Assembly: GCF_022045235.1 (NCBI RefSeq)
Contig: NW_027266272.1
Span: 13,268,001 to 13,332,000 of the forward strand
Source: Haliotis cracherodii
Taxonomy: Eukaryota
Length of the DNA stretch: 64,000 bases
Direction of reading: 5' to 3'
The notes under the pieces are model-generated. The model saw only the letters and a list, made by a program, of their open reading frames with translations, did no database searches and was not told the origin of the DNA. Positions 1-14,400 of the stretch are shown in pieces; the stretch's first letter is position 1; every line of letters begins with the position of its first letter. A program made the translations under genes and the position numbers.

Positions 1-810
1 ATACTATTGTTACTTACTTACTTACTTTGGAGATTTAACGTGCGCTTTCCGACTGATGCGTATTTCGCATAGTATTGTACAAATTACTGGATAAACTATA
101 AAAATGCATAGTTTTAACTGTATTCCCAGTACATCAATGTATATTTCTTAAAGATAAGTTGTGTATTCTACATATTTATATATACGAATTATACACGATG
201 TCATAAATTCACGTCATAAGATATTTGGGATTAACATTGATGAACAGTTTTTATTTACAAGTTTATTCTACTATGTTAAGCATTCAATGTCTATTCAAGA
301 TTTAACACAAGTATAAGAAAAGCATGTAAGTTATTAGGGGCGTCGGTGTGTAGAGTTCACCGCAATGTTCATGAAAAACGCTTATACTATTATATCCATA
401 ATTTCTAAAACCACATCAAAACTGACAACACGAATGATACTTGGCCCTATTCGCTAGCATGACTTAAGCATTAGGTTGGTTCATCAAGCAGTGTTTTACG
501 TGCAAGTGTCCCCACCGGAGTCGCGTCAATGTGCACAGTGACGGCGTGATCACGGCGCTATCGGCCTAGGCGTCCTGTAATTCTCACACCAGTACATCAA
601 ATCGTAAGTTTGTTCAAATATTGAATCTGGAGTGAAGTTGACTTTGCGTGTTTGACTGGTTTGCCCCAACATGGGAAGTTTTTCACTTGCTCTCTGATTT
701 ATATCAAAGTTCAAAGACAATGACGAAAGTCTAATCTATTACCGAGGCCGTTCGACACAGCATACATGTGTTTGTCTCAGAACAACATCCCCCCCCCCCC
801 TCCCCCCCCC

Positions 811-844
<34 letters not shown>

Positions 845-1229
845 CACACACACACACCCCAGACGAGTTCGTTCCCGACATGAAGACTGTATGATCCACC
901 AAACTGCAAACATTATTAGGCGTGTGCTTCCTAGCTTAATACCCCGATAGATGTTTTAAATGTTGATATTACGTTTAATATAGCTGTTGTTCAATATCAC
1001 AGCACTAAGGCTGCCGATAAAACACTGAACTTTCGTGAACCCCACAATCCGCAAACGTCAAGAATTATTTCCTAATTAAGAAATACAAATACTGACTTGC
1101 GAAAAGTCAAGACAAGAGTGATCCAACACGTAGATATCCCATCATCCTCTGCGTACCCTTCCATATAGGTCAGCCAGGGGTTGACATGATGACAGCCTAA
1201 AGTGATAGAGTACAGTCTATATCACAGGA

Positions 1230-1398
1230 GGGGCGGTCGGGTAGCCTAGTGGTTAAAGCGTTAGCTCGTCTCGCCGAAGACCCGGGGTTCGATTCCCGAC
1301 ATGGGTACAATGTGTGAAGCCCATTTCTGGTGTCCCCCCGCCGTGATATTGCTGGAATATTGCTAAAAGCGGCGTAAAACCACACTCACTCACTCACT
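1230..1398 (+). mobile_element. tRNA-derived SINE family 1 (about 165 bp)
   Basis: A box tagcctagtgg, B box ggttcgattcc, tail ccgtgatattgctggaatattgctaaaagcggcgtaaaac+(actc)n, imperfect TSD ctata..acaggag. Confidence 0.9.
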
Positions 1399-4300
1399 AT
1401 AATACAGGAGATATTAAACAATTAATAAACGTGTATGAGATAAAAGGCATTTGATAACAGGAAGCCTGATAGAAACAATATTTGAGAGTATTAACCTATG
1501 TGATGCAGGCATCCGATACGAAAAAGTATTCGAGATAGTATTACTATATGATAGTTTAAACGTATGTGATATAAAAAATGTTCGTTGATATCAAAGATAT
1601 ATGAATCGGTTTAAGCATGCTATATGCAAAAGATGTGTACGAATATAACATTGTTAAATGGTTAATGTTTAATGTCGGGCAAAAGAATGTTGCAGGGAAA
1701 AGAATGTGATATGGTTCTAGTATGTATAAAAAATAGACGAACAAAAGAAGAAATGTGGTATTAAAAGGCATATGATATGATAAAATATACATTCTGATGT
1801 ATGTTTGTGAAAAACTAATTATTATTGAAGGAAACAATCTTTATTATAATCTGCTAGTAATATCGTAACGCAGCTTGTGTCAATACCCACCAATCTATTT
1901 ATCTCTTTAACTCTGTTGGAGCATTTTCCTATGATAAATTCTCCTCTATATCAGTAACGGTCGAGCGGGTAAATACATTTAACAATTTACCCCTGTTGAC
2001 TCAGCTAATACTTTTCTTTGAAACACAATGTAAATCTTCAGCCGCACATTAAGGAGTAGTGTAATCTTAAAGGCAAACACAGGATTAATACCAGACATGC
2101 ATGTGTGATGTACACTACAGATTAATTGAGTGGGAATCAGTGGGATAGTTAAACCTTACGTGCTATGCTGGTGGCGATATAATTCGCCGTATAATCAGCG
2201 TTGCCGCAGCAGTATATACGACGTTCAACATTGTCCACGTTTGTTGATGCTCAGGTGCCCCAGTGTATAATTGTAAGACCCAGAGTGATATTAGTTGGTT
2301 CTCGTATCTTAACACTGTCATATATCAACACTGCATAATATTTTGTCTACGTCATACGTAAGCAAGCGTGTTCTGAGGGAAAGTCATATGCTAGAATTAC
2401 ATTTACAGAACAAGAAAACTTAACTTTGAAGCATCCTAATATTTCATAGGTGTAGCTTAGGATGAATGCAATCTGTCAAATTAAAGTGACTTAGTATTAA
2501 CCCTTAGCAGTTGGGTAAATCAAGTCACGTTAGGTCAAGTCACGTCATGCATGTGTGTGTGTAAAATCAGTGCAAAAAATACCTTTGACAAATCATGACA
2601 TGTATGTTAACATAAGTTCCCAAAATTACATCGTTTCTTTCACAATGCATAGATTTTATAGCTATTTGTTTTCAACTAAATGTGTTCTGTAGCAATTAAA
2701 CCGATTGTTCGTTATCTTCCGCAACTAATTCAGCGTCACCGTCACACAAACATGTCCACTTAGAATAATTCCTTCGCCTTGGCTCAATAAAACAGCTCCC
2801 CGCAGCGTTCCTTCAGGAAAACTCCACGCAGCACGTCTCCGCGATGTGTGTGAACCGCTTCCGTACCTGTTCACTGTGGGTCAGCTCAAACACAAACGAA
2901 AACGTCTCCTCACAACGCGTGTTAAGAAACGTTTTCCAAAATTACAGATTAGGTTTTTGTTCATACAATTAATACACATCCTGTATAAATTAAAAAAACT
3001 GAAGTGTCCGGGTTGTCATCATTTAAACCGCATATGGGAATTTTAAAAATCAGTTTTTAAAAATGTATTGTAATGCGGATTAGCGAACGTCTTATTCTTA
3101 GGTGTAATTTGATGTGGGAGGACTTTAAACCTCTAAATATTTAATTATGTCGGCTAAAATGCAGTGAGTGTGGACACTAGACGGGTTATTGACAATCTGG
3201 TATCAGATTTCGCTCCTTTACGCAGCCGTTCATCGACCACAAATGCTATAGCAAAGGGACGTAACTCTGCAAACAGATTAACAGCGCTCAAACATGTTCA
3301 AACGTGTTCATCTGGTATAAAGGAAAGTTAGAATGACTTACAATGCACATATGCAGCCTTCACTCGTCTTTAACTGATATCACTGTGTTAATATTCCAAA
3401 CGTTCTGAAGGGCAATTCCAAACTAAGTGGTGTTTTGGTTAATTGTGTTTGTTCTAACAAACATTAGGGGGATCATATCATTTGTCTGACACCGAGGGCC
3501 ATACAACTTGCGTTACTAGGGGCGTTTCACAAGCACAACTGTCAATTTGCCTCTTTAAAGGATTTGAATTTCAAAATATATGTAAAATATATTGACAAGA
3601 CTAATTGACTAATTGAAAACAGCCCTTAATCACTAATGGTAGGCTACTTGACTTCGTCAGCGCCAGAATGGCAGGAGAGTTTTCTGTCTGTGTGCTGTCA
3701 TACACGGACATCAAAACCAACACCCTACTCCCGCTACCTCTAAGCAACTAACCCTTCAATCGGGTATAGATCGAGTGTCTCGAACACAACAATCACAGAA
3801 AACGTCTTGAATAAATATACATAACTACTTTGTTCTTATTATACTACGAATTGATTACTGAGCAAAACCTCAAAGTTCCTTTGTGTGAGATTGGCTTTCA
3901 AAAACTAAATTAGCCGAAGCTACAAAAGCATTCGTTTGGCGATGACATATATTACCTTGGCGTCCAAGACACTCGGACAATGAAAGATGCAAACGTAAGA
4001 TCACGTAATTCCAGAAAAACAGACTCAGATTATAAGACTTAACCCAATGGTGTATGTAGCGAGCAGTTTAAAGAGGAAACAGTTAGATTGCAGAACACTA
4101 ACGAGCTCGTCAGACAGGGCAAGAAACACTGTGAGCAGTCCGCGATAAGCCTGACGCCATCTTGCGTAACGCCATCACACGCTTAACCAGCTCATTCTTC
4201 AGTCACGTGATGTTGCGCTATAGACTAGAGGTCATTGCCACCCCTTAAGGGGTAGAGAAATTTAGAGCCGTTGCTTGGTAATTTTGAAGTTCAAGCCGGG

Positions 4301-4614
4301 GATGTTCTGACAGAGATACAACGATTGGAAATATATGCTGAAAAATATACCCGACATGACTTGCAACTTCTAAAAGTCTAGATGCCAACTGTTCCGTATG
4401 GGGGCAATACAAGGTCACACTACCGTAGCATCTGCATGAACGCACCATGGGGATGTCAGGTCTTTGGAATTGTACCTCATACGCGTGACGCATTTATTGG
4501 AAAATACAAACTTAAGAACGCCTCAAGTCTTTGAATGGCATTTAGAAATGACCCACATAAGAAACTTTACTGTTCTTACAGGAACATGATATGTTCTCTG
4601 CTTCATAGCATTTA

Positions 4615-4695
4615 TTCATCTGATGAAGGAGTAAGTATGTTCTCCGAAACGTTGTGTTCCTCATAATAAAGAAGTTGACATAGATAAATTCTCCC
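4615..4695 (+). ncRNA. minimal hammerhead-ribozyme-like motif in a Penelope-like terminal repeat fragment
   Basis: CTGATGA-A-GGAG(loop)CTCC-GAAAC-GTT with palindromic AACGTT as stem III, followed by aataaagaagttg; stem I is weak. Confidence 0.55.
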
Positions 4696-5471
4696 TCTTT
4701 GAACGCACAATTGTACTGCAATGCAAGCCTGGTATGACCCATGCACTAGTGCTAATGTTTCCACGCCCCAAATCCTCTCTCCTCGTGACGAGCACAGCCC
4801 GACCTGGCCTACTTTGAGGGCAAGGCGACCCTCACTCACTGTGAAGGTGAATGTACAGGGATATCACGTGGTAGCCGCCATGATGTATACCCGTTACAGC
4901 ACGCGTGACCAAAACAAAACAATTCTTTTGGCAGTTGTGGCTTTCCATAACATTCGTGCTGAAATTGATATTATCTTGTTCGAAGTACGCACCGATCACC
5001 GTGTCCCTAATATATAACCCCCAACCCCATCCTCCCCTTCAACACCATCAACCATTGTTTTCTTTCATACTTTATTCAGTTTAGACCAAAGACCCAAATA
5101 CATACGATTAACAAAAAACATGCAACAGCACACTCGCTGGAACGAACTTTAACATGTATATCTTAAGAACTTCATATACATATGTTTTAAAACCACCCCA
5201 TCCCCTTTCATATAGATACACTCGTTTTGAATTTTTATTTTATTTTAATGAGATCAGTCTCGTAACATTGACGTTGTGTCATTCAGTGCTTACAAACTGA
5301 AAACGTCAAATGACTAAGGAAGCCGATTCAGAATAGAACCTTTTCATTAAGACGACATGGGGTATTTTTATTTTAAGCTCATTGATAGATGCAAATTTCG
5401 AACTCATTACAAAATCGTGACAAGACACAACAACTCCTAACAGGCGCATGTTCTGACGTCATCCACATTTC

Positions 5472-8400
5472 ATGTTTCGCGTTGGACAAAATCGCACCAT
5501 TACAAAGTCTCAGTCTTCAGACGAGTGTAGTGTCCAACTAGGTAAGATTTAATGTATGTCCCGTATCGTTCAAGCAGCACCTAGTGCATTACAATGTTAT
5601 TGATGTTGTGATTTGTAGTGCAGGTTCCATTCATTGCTAGACACCACGCTGTTGTTTCAATTCCGTGCATCAGTTGTCTGATTCGTCGATGATTCAACGT
5701 TGACTTTTTAACTTACTTATATCATACACAAAATGTAAATCTTTCGAGAATATGTTGTGTTTTCGAGTCAGTGTGATTATTTCGCAAGGGCTCTTGCCCT
5801 CCCATGTAACGCGTGTCTTATAATAATGTGACTCTCAGTGTAAAAATCAAGCCGTGCGTTTATGCAGCATGTCATATTCTTTCCCATCCAGTTTCTTGTT
5901 GGCATAGTGTTAAAGTACATTATTCCACTTAGTGTGATAGATTGTCTGTACATCAATACGGCCTTGTCTGTCTATGAGCATGGTATCAGATATTAGGTCG
6001 TTAACCCCGGAACATCTCAGAGAGGCTTAGTGTCGAATGTAAATGCATAATGTATACTCCCCGGTACGGGCGCAGTCAAAAGAAGTGGTGCATTTGGCCG
6101 ACATTCAGGATGTAGCCATTGACAGAGACCATTAAACGAAATTTAAAACAATTATTGCTCAACTTATAAAACTACATAAAATGGAAATTAAATGCACAAC
6201 AGTTATTTTAATTTGATATTTTCGAGTTAAGTATCACAGCATGACGTGGGAATCTGTCATTAAGTACGTCAATGCGTTCTTGGATACACTAGCTTGATAA
6301 AGGTTTTCCGAACTTCGGAGAATACAAATATTTCTTTACAGTTGACAACTATAAATCATTTGATTAATATACTTACAGTTAGAACTTAATGAGGTATGGT
6401 CGAAAACTGATAGTCATTGTGTTAAGAAGAATAAGGATACAGAGGTGATGAACTTGCAATGGCACCGCCCTTCAAGGGTTGAACCGAACAAAGTAGACAC
6501 GCATCACCACATAAGGGACAATCGTGGTCATTTCTGTATGCTTTAAAGGTGCGACAAACGTCGCCCTCAGCAGCAAAGCGTATAGCATGAAGTCATCGAA
6601 GTGAGACGATACACTGTTTTCTGCACTGTAAACGTTTGCAAACGGCTACACTGAAGAGTGAAAGGCGCTAAATTGTCACTGATGGGCATGATGACGTATC
6701 CTCGCGGGTCCGTCCCACCTGGGGTAGTATAGTCTGGGTAGGGAAGCCGAGCGGACGCCACTCCCAGAGCTGTCTCGCTTTCGTCCTATAGTGCTTGACT
6801 CAGTTAGCGGTAAGCGCACATTTTACTCCTTGTTTCTATGAAAACAAACTTGATTAGACGTGGATGGTAAATACAGCCAGATTTACTTAGTTACATCTCG
6901 ATTACAAGAACATGTCTGCTATAAATGATTATGTGGCAAGTAGTTTGAAACATATATAATCCACGATCTCTAATTCTAAACTACGCGATCGGAGATTGAA
7001 TAATCTAAATGGACAAAAACCTCAATTTAATACAACCACAGAATCATCGTTTAGTTTATGTATGAAATGTAACCGCTATGAAATAGAAAATGAATACCGT
7101 TGTTTGTTAATTTGACCTTTTTAAAAAAGTAGTAGAGCAAATTTAATTCCAAAATGTTGCAACCATCTGTTCCAAAGTCTATCAGTCTTCTATCTACCAG
7201 AAATGATTCTGTTATTAAAAACCTGTCCACGTATATAAAAAGACGTTTACCTATGTAAATATAAATGTAAAGAAGTATGAACGTTTGTAAGACAAACTGT
7301 GCATAATATATTATTCCTATAAATGAACTCAGGGTCATGTGGCCTTCATTCACGAACAAACTTCTTCTTCTTCTAAGTGGCAGATCGTGGGGTATAGTCA
7401 TGTTGTAGCTGTTTACGTTTTAGCAGAATAGACACGCAACGATTTCTGTATCAGCTTATATATCCTGTATTAAGTCTTCATAGTAGTGGTGAAATGCCGC
7501 TAGGATGGTAATGGATGCGCAAGTATGGCCATATTACTCGCTGCATTAGTCTGGGCTTTTTCTCTTCTTAATATTCCAAATTCGAAAATGAGCAGTTGGG
7601 TCGGGAGAGTACCAAATCGCATTTTCACATATCCATGTTGGGTTCTATTCAACGCGTGTTGACGGCTATCGTCATAAAGCGGTCCAATGTGAATATGTTT
7701 GTCAGGTTATAACGTTGATATCTAACAATGGGATATTATTACTCATGCCCTTGCTTTCAAACACGTGACGTCCGGAGGTTGCCAATTAATGCGTTGTGTC
7801 GCGATAGCAGCTGAGTATTGAGTTAAGTAACGTAAGACGATATCAGGAGGAAACGTGCACAAACGTCCTCCATCCTCGTGTCCTACCGGATATCGTGACT
7901 TTAACGTTATTGAATTGTTCTTTCAATGTCACAACCAAAGCGCAGTGCTATTGTTTTAATGTGGCCGTGTATCTAAACATATCTTTGTTGAAGTAAAGGC
8001 TAATGAGAGAAACACATACAATTATATATCTCTGTACTGCTGTTGTTAGCGAGTTGGGTATTTCACGGCGTGTCGTCTTAACGTCTTTTACGTTTGCAAA
8101 TTTGATTAAACTTGGTACACATGCATTCGAACCGGAATGTTTGGGAGCATGCGTTTCTACGAACAATTCAAGTAAGCTAAGGTATCTCCCTCAACCGCTT
8201 CCATGCACAGGTGTACTTAATTAGAGAGTAACAACTGGCTACCGGAAAACACCGTCATAAACTACCTTATCCTCAGCAAGATGGCCGCCATTCTGACGTA
8301 AATGATACAAAGGTGCAAAACTGTTTATGAGCTGAGTTATTTCTCTCCGATGAAACAAAAACTCCACATGGAGTAATAAACGAGTCTGTAGGAATCAATA

Positions 8401-11400
8401 TGTTATTTACAGAGCTAGCGATTGTTATTTTTTAATCCCCTGACTTGCGTAAGCGGTTTGCTCTCTGACTTACATTAAAGGGTATTTTCTTTTCTTTCTT
8501 TTTTTCTTTCGAGATAACGATGTACTCTGGCACATATATAACACGTGCAGGTTTGACCGCAGTTCAGCAGAACTTTATGGCAAGTAGTAGTAATAGGAAA
8601 AATAATTTAAGTGCAAATACGTAATATTGGTTAGAAGTTTTTAACTTCTGTGTTAATAAAATGTATAATTTCAAACTTTTTCATTACAGTATGAGTAATT
8701 GAGCAGACGGACTTTAGTCAGAATGGGAACCGAAAACAAAGATGTCGCAGAGAAACGAGATTCGGCAGTGGGCAAGGTTAAAGGGCCAGGAGGCAAAGGT
8801 AGGTCTCTTCCACACAGACGTGTCTGAGTTCGAGCCCCTATCAATATAACAATGTCGGGTTCGAAAGCCATCCCAATATTATTTCGTAACCATTTTCTTG
8901 ATCACTTAATTACAATCGAAATATGAAACTAGTTTTTCAAGGGTCATTGTCACCTTGTCATTATTTATTTACTTTGTGAAAAAAATGAAAAAGTTATCAA
9001 CGTTAATGTTGTATTAATGAGAATATTTTCCCATGTCTGTATAGTCCATCTTTATATAAAATCACAGGGAAAAGTACCTCGCTTACGCCTGAAGCGAATC
9101 ATTAACACATAAAACACAAAATGCGTACGCCATCTTGACGCGCGCATGGCCCCCAGATGGCGCTGTAGTTTCGCCTGAAGCATGTCACACATCCTTAACG
9201 ACCTCTTTCTCCAAATAGTATCATTGTTGTCACTATTATCAGCTGGCAAAGCTCCCAGTTCAATATCTTACTCTTCTATCGCCTGTAACATTCAGAGAAG
9301 TTTCCGTTAACGACCACTGAACTTTGACATCTGTTTGACCTTGAAGACCGTTGACACCGTAAGGGAGATGGTCGCCTTTAAAGACAAATCCATTAAACTA
9401 CGGTTATAACGAACTCAAAGGAAACACTACTGTTTGTTCGTTATAACTGTTCCTTGTAAGCACATATACAGCATATTAACAGCTAATGGCCGGGACCAAA
9501 AAATAGTTCCTTATATCCGTCAGTTCGTTATAAGCGTGTTCGTTATAACCGTTTACTGTATACCTAGCACAGTAATAATTACGTAAACTCAGAGTGACAG
9601 ATACGTCCTGTGTAAATAGGGATGTTTGCATAAAATACGTCATTAATATACTAGTATGCGATATACGTTATCTGATGACGTCAGGCGGTCGGGTAGCCTA
9701 GTGGTTAAAGCGTTCGCTCGTCACGCCGAAGACCCGGGTTCGATTCCCGACATTGGTACAATGTGTGAAGCCCATTTCTGGTGTCTCCCGCCGTGATATT
9801 GCTGGAATATTGCTAAAAGCGGCGTAAAACCATACTCACTCACTCACTCTGATGACGTCGAGCCAATGATCGCTATTTGTTTCAGTGTTCAAGAGGAGTA
9901 CGTCGATGTATCTCAACGTCGTAGCCCCACACAAGCCTATCCGGCCCAGCATCGTGGAAGAAGATGAGGAAGATATCATGCGTAAGTGTACAATACAATT
10001 TCGGCCACACTCAGCAGCAATATGTGAGCGATTGAGCAAGGATCACCGCCGTTTGAACAGTATTTCAGTTATATAGTGGCGTTTCATCTTAGTGTAGAAG
10101 CCTAAAGCAGGTTCTGATTACCACTTTGATGAAACCAAGGGAATGGGTCGATTTTGACAGACCGTGAATTATCGGGGTTGACCTGAGATTCGAACCTACG
10201 ACTGGCGAGACCTATGACCATGGGACCATTGAACCACCATTTACCCCATTTACTTGGTATTCCATGATGTCAGGCGTACCTGGTGGTATCATAGGTATGT
10301 TATCGCGCTACCTCCGTATATTGCCCCGTAAACATATCTACTAATTATCTACATGTTCTATGTAAACAGACCCGTCAAGATCCGGGTAGAATGGGTCTTC
10401 AGCAACCCATGCTTGCCGTAAAAGGTTACTATGCTTGTCGTAAGAGGCGACTAACAGGATCGGGTGGTCAGGCTCGCTGACTTGGTTGATGCATGTCATC
10501 GTGTACCAATTTCGTGGAACGATGCTGATGATGTCAATCACTGGATTGTCTAACCGGACTCGATTATTAACAGACCGCCGTCATATAGCTTGACTATTGT
10601 TGAGTGCGGCGGTAAACAACAAACAAACAAACATATGTAAACACGAGCAACAGAGATTGATGTTTAGCGTTTTCCAATATTCAGCCGACGGTTCCAAGTT
10701 CACTCTGTACGGGGACGATGACTACGTTCCGTCCGAGCGTATCCAGGGCCTCCTCAACAGCGTCACCGACATCAAACATCGCGCACACAAAGTCTTTTCC
10801 GAGATGGACGTGCTCAAGAAGCGGGGAGAGGACTTTGAGTGGAGAGAAGTCGCCAGGTGAGACCAAAATCAGTGACTAGCCAAGCCAACTAAGGAGTGTC
10901 ACAGAAAATGTCGTAAGCATAAATGGTGCAGAACCTTTTAATCGATTCGGTTAATGTGAGACTTCTTGTTCTCTTGTAGCCGAGACTTTGATGAGTCCTG
11001 ACTTTAAAGCTCCGCAGAAGTACGCTAGTTTTCCATGCTACCTTGTCCAGTCTTGTAACCATGGTTACTGTTTCAGATGGGTCAAGTACGAGGAGAAAAT
11101 GGAGGAGGGAGGAGAACGCTGGTCCAAGCCTCACGTGGCGTCCCTGTCCATGCACCATCTTGTTGAAACTAGGAGGCAGCTGATGGACGGTGTCATGCAC
11201 CTCGATACAGAGGCCTACTCCATCTCCCAAGTCGTTGGTACGTCATCACGTTACTCCGCATCACAAACGCTGAACTAATCTAGACAATGGCAGCATCCAT
11301 GTGTCTGTAGAAACTGTCGATAGCAACATATTACAGTAGGCTATCACAGATTCAAGCGGGACTGGGCTCTGAGCAAATGCAGTTTGATTCAAATGAAGAC

Positions 11401-14400
11401 ATCTTTTTAGTCAGTGATTGTCCTTGTATAATAACAGGGCGGTTAAGCATTAACATGATTACACAAGCACGACAACGCCTAGACATAGATACGGGCACCG
11501 ATTGTGGAGTTTAGTCCCTCTTCAACAATGTGTCAGTTTAGTGGCCATGGTTCTGTACGTTGAATTTTGAAAGCTGTGTTAAACTTACTCACTTAGTCAT
11601 AAAGACACACACTAAACTACTAGCACACGTCGCTTCTCTTAGCAATAGTTCCTGATGTCCTTTCTTTCAATCCATTCCAGAGAAGTTCCTTGACGAGTGG
11701 ATAAAACTAGGTCAGCTTGACCCTCTTCTCCGCCAACACGTGCGCACATTACTGTTAAAGCACCATCGCCACGGCGCGGAGAAGGGAGAGAAGAAGAAGG
11801 GGAAGGGCGATATGAACCGAACAGCATCAACCAACAGTAAGTCAAACACGTAACTGACACTACTAGACTATGACAGTTAACTCGTGGCTGTGTAACATGA
11901 AGTCAAAACTCTTTAAGCCGATACATACCCTGTGTAACATCCGGGCAGTATCGGAGCGTTGGGGTAGCCTAGTCGTAAAGCGTTTCCCTCGTCACGCTGA
12001 ATACCCGGATTTGGTTCCACACATGGGTACAATATGTGAAGCCTATATCTGGTCTCCTTTGCCGTGATATTGGTGGAATGTTGCTAAAAGCGGCGAACAT
12101 CCATACTCACTCATATCTACGACTGGTGTCTCAAGCAATTGTAGATTTCGGGTAAGAATTGGTCCCTAGCAACTTAAGAAAGTCTGACGAGGCGACCAAA
12201 TGGATCGGTTGGACATGGTTGATAACATGTTCCATACCCCGACAGCGTGGATCGGTGCTCACAATATCGATGACTGATTTTTACAGGCCGCCGTCAGATA
12301 TCTGTAAAACTTCAGAGTGCGGCGTCAAGCAAGAAACTGATAAAACTCGCTGTAATTCGTATTACTTCTTGACCTTTAAGCTTAACTGGCTTTACTCTTT
12401 TGTCCAGGTTTCAGCCAGCTGACCCACGTGAGCAGCCAGGTGAGCCTCAACCACAACCTCAGCCATACCAGCCTGGAGTCCTTGGACAGCGACTTGGCGG
12501 GCAACTACACCAAGAAACAGAACGAGCGTATCCTTCGGAAAATCCCGAAGGGTGCCGAAGTTGCCAATATCATGATCGGGGCCGTGGATGAGCTACCGAG
12601 CGCCCTCTGTGGCTTCATGCGACTCAACGACGGCCGTTGCCTTGGCGACATCTCGGAAGTGAACCTGCCTACGAGATTTGTGTTCCTTCTGGTAGGACCG
12701 CCCAAGTTCATCGCCGACTACATGGAAAGTGGCCGCTGCCTCGGCACCATGATGGTGGACGACGTGAGTAACCACCGCTGCATACTTGACTTCTTCTGGA
12801 CTGGACTCGGTTATACGACCTTCATTGTATAGCGTTCTGATATGTCCCGAATCTTGACTCCTAAAATAAGAAACAATACTGCCATCGATAAAGTTTCTCA
12901 CGCTCTCTAAAACTCAGGAAAGTAAATGGGCGCCAGGCAAGGTAACAACAAGTACCATAGTTTAATGTTTTTTGATATGATGCGTTCTACCACTAGACCA
13001 CGGAGGCGGTCCACGAAAGTAAATAGAGGAATGTCATATGCTACCCGATTTGCCTTCAGAGCCTCTGATAAATGATGCCTAATGTCATTTTAGTTCCTAT
13101 ATCCTATAAGGGGCGATCTGGTAGCCTAGTGGTTAAAGCATTCGATCGTCACGCCGAAAAACCGGGTTCGAAGCCCTTTTTTGGTGTCCCCCTCCGTGAT
13201 ATTGCTGGAAAATTGCTAAAAGCGGCGTAAAACCATACTCACTCACTCACTATATCCTATACTGATACACGTTGGTACTTAATGTGTGTGAAAGGTTTTA
13301 ATGAATCGCTCCTTGTTATTCAGATCTTCCGGGAGGTGGCGTACAAGTGCAGGAACAAAGATGACTTGGTGGCAGGAATCGACGAGTTTCTGGAGCAGGT
13401 GACTGTGCTGCCCCCTGGCGAGTGGGACCCAAAGATCAGAATTGAGCCCCCCGATGCGGTTCCCAACCAACAGTTCCGTAAAACACCCTCCTCGGCGGAC
13501 TTCTTCGAGGGCGACATGGTCCCCGTCCTGGGCGGGGAAGATGACGAAGATGAAGGTCACGCTGACCCTGACCTCACCCTGAGTTGCAGGTGGGTTTTTT
13601 CATTACTGTTTTTTTTCTTTTGTGTTGCAATCTGATAACAACGGCGGGAACAAAACATTATGTATCACACCAACACTTATTCACAACGTCATCCGAGTGA
13701 CAACATCCTCTTCTTCCTTCCAGGCCTTTCCTCGGGCTTATCCGTGACATCCGCAGGAAAGTCCCGTTCTACATGAGTGACTTTAAGGACGCCATCCACA
13801 TCCAATGTATCGCCTCTTTCATCTACATCTTCCTCGCCACCCTCACCCCAAACGTAACCTTCGGTGGAATGTTAGGAAAATCCACCAACCAATACATGGT
13901 ACGTCCCAAGCTTTAATCATCCAGACAACTTCGGGGGCGGCGGGGTAGCCTAGTGGTTAAAGTGTTCGCTCGTCCGGGTTCGATTACCCACATTGGTAAA
14001 ATGTGTGAAGCCTATTTCTGGTGTCCACCGCCGTGATATTGCTGGAATATTGCTAAAAGCTGCGTAAAACCAACTCACTCACTCATTTACCAACCTCGGG
14101 GATTCCAGCTAAACATATGGGTCCCCAGACACCTTTCCTTGCAGTGAGTTGCGACTAAATGGTCGCCCGCGGATATCACAATATGTTTGGCCGTTTGACT
14201 TCAAGTTAATGGGGTTTGATATGTATGCCTTGTTGACCACTGAGGCTCCATTAAAGAAGAATTCCAACTTAGATGTCTTGAAGAAACCTAGATGCCCTAC
14301 ATTTGGAAGCAATTGTTGTATAATGTTGTATTTTGTAGTTATTTTCTTTGTTGATACTAACCAAACTCTTCATTTTCCAGGGTGTCATGGAGTGTATCTT

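Noticed and set aside
789-843. Poly-C tract giving Pro- or Gly-rich ORFs (also poly-G at 15333-15359)
   Set aside because: Low-complexity homopolymers, possibly with sequencing error; no coding context
1230-1305. Possible tRNA genes at SINE heads (also 9684, 24731 and others)
   Set aside because: A/B boxes run into a shared SINE body with TSDs; no complete cloverleaf or oligo-T terminator
4245-5017. Short ORFs flanking the hammerhead-like motif
   Set aside because: No RT, GIY-YIG or other motifs recognised; no splice-consistent link to SLC4
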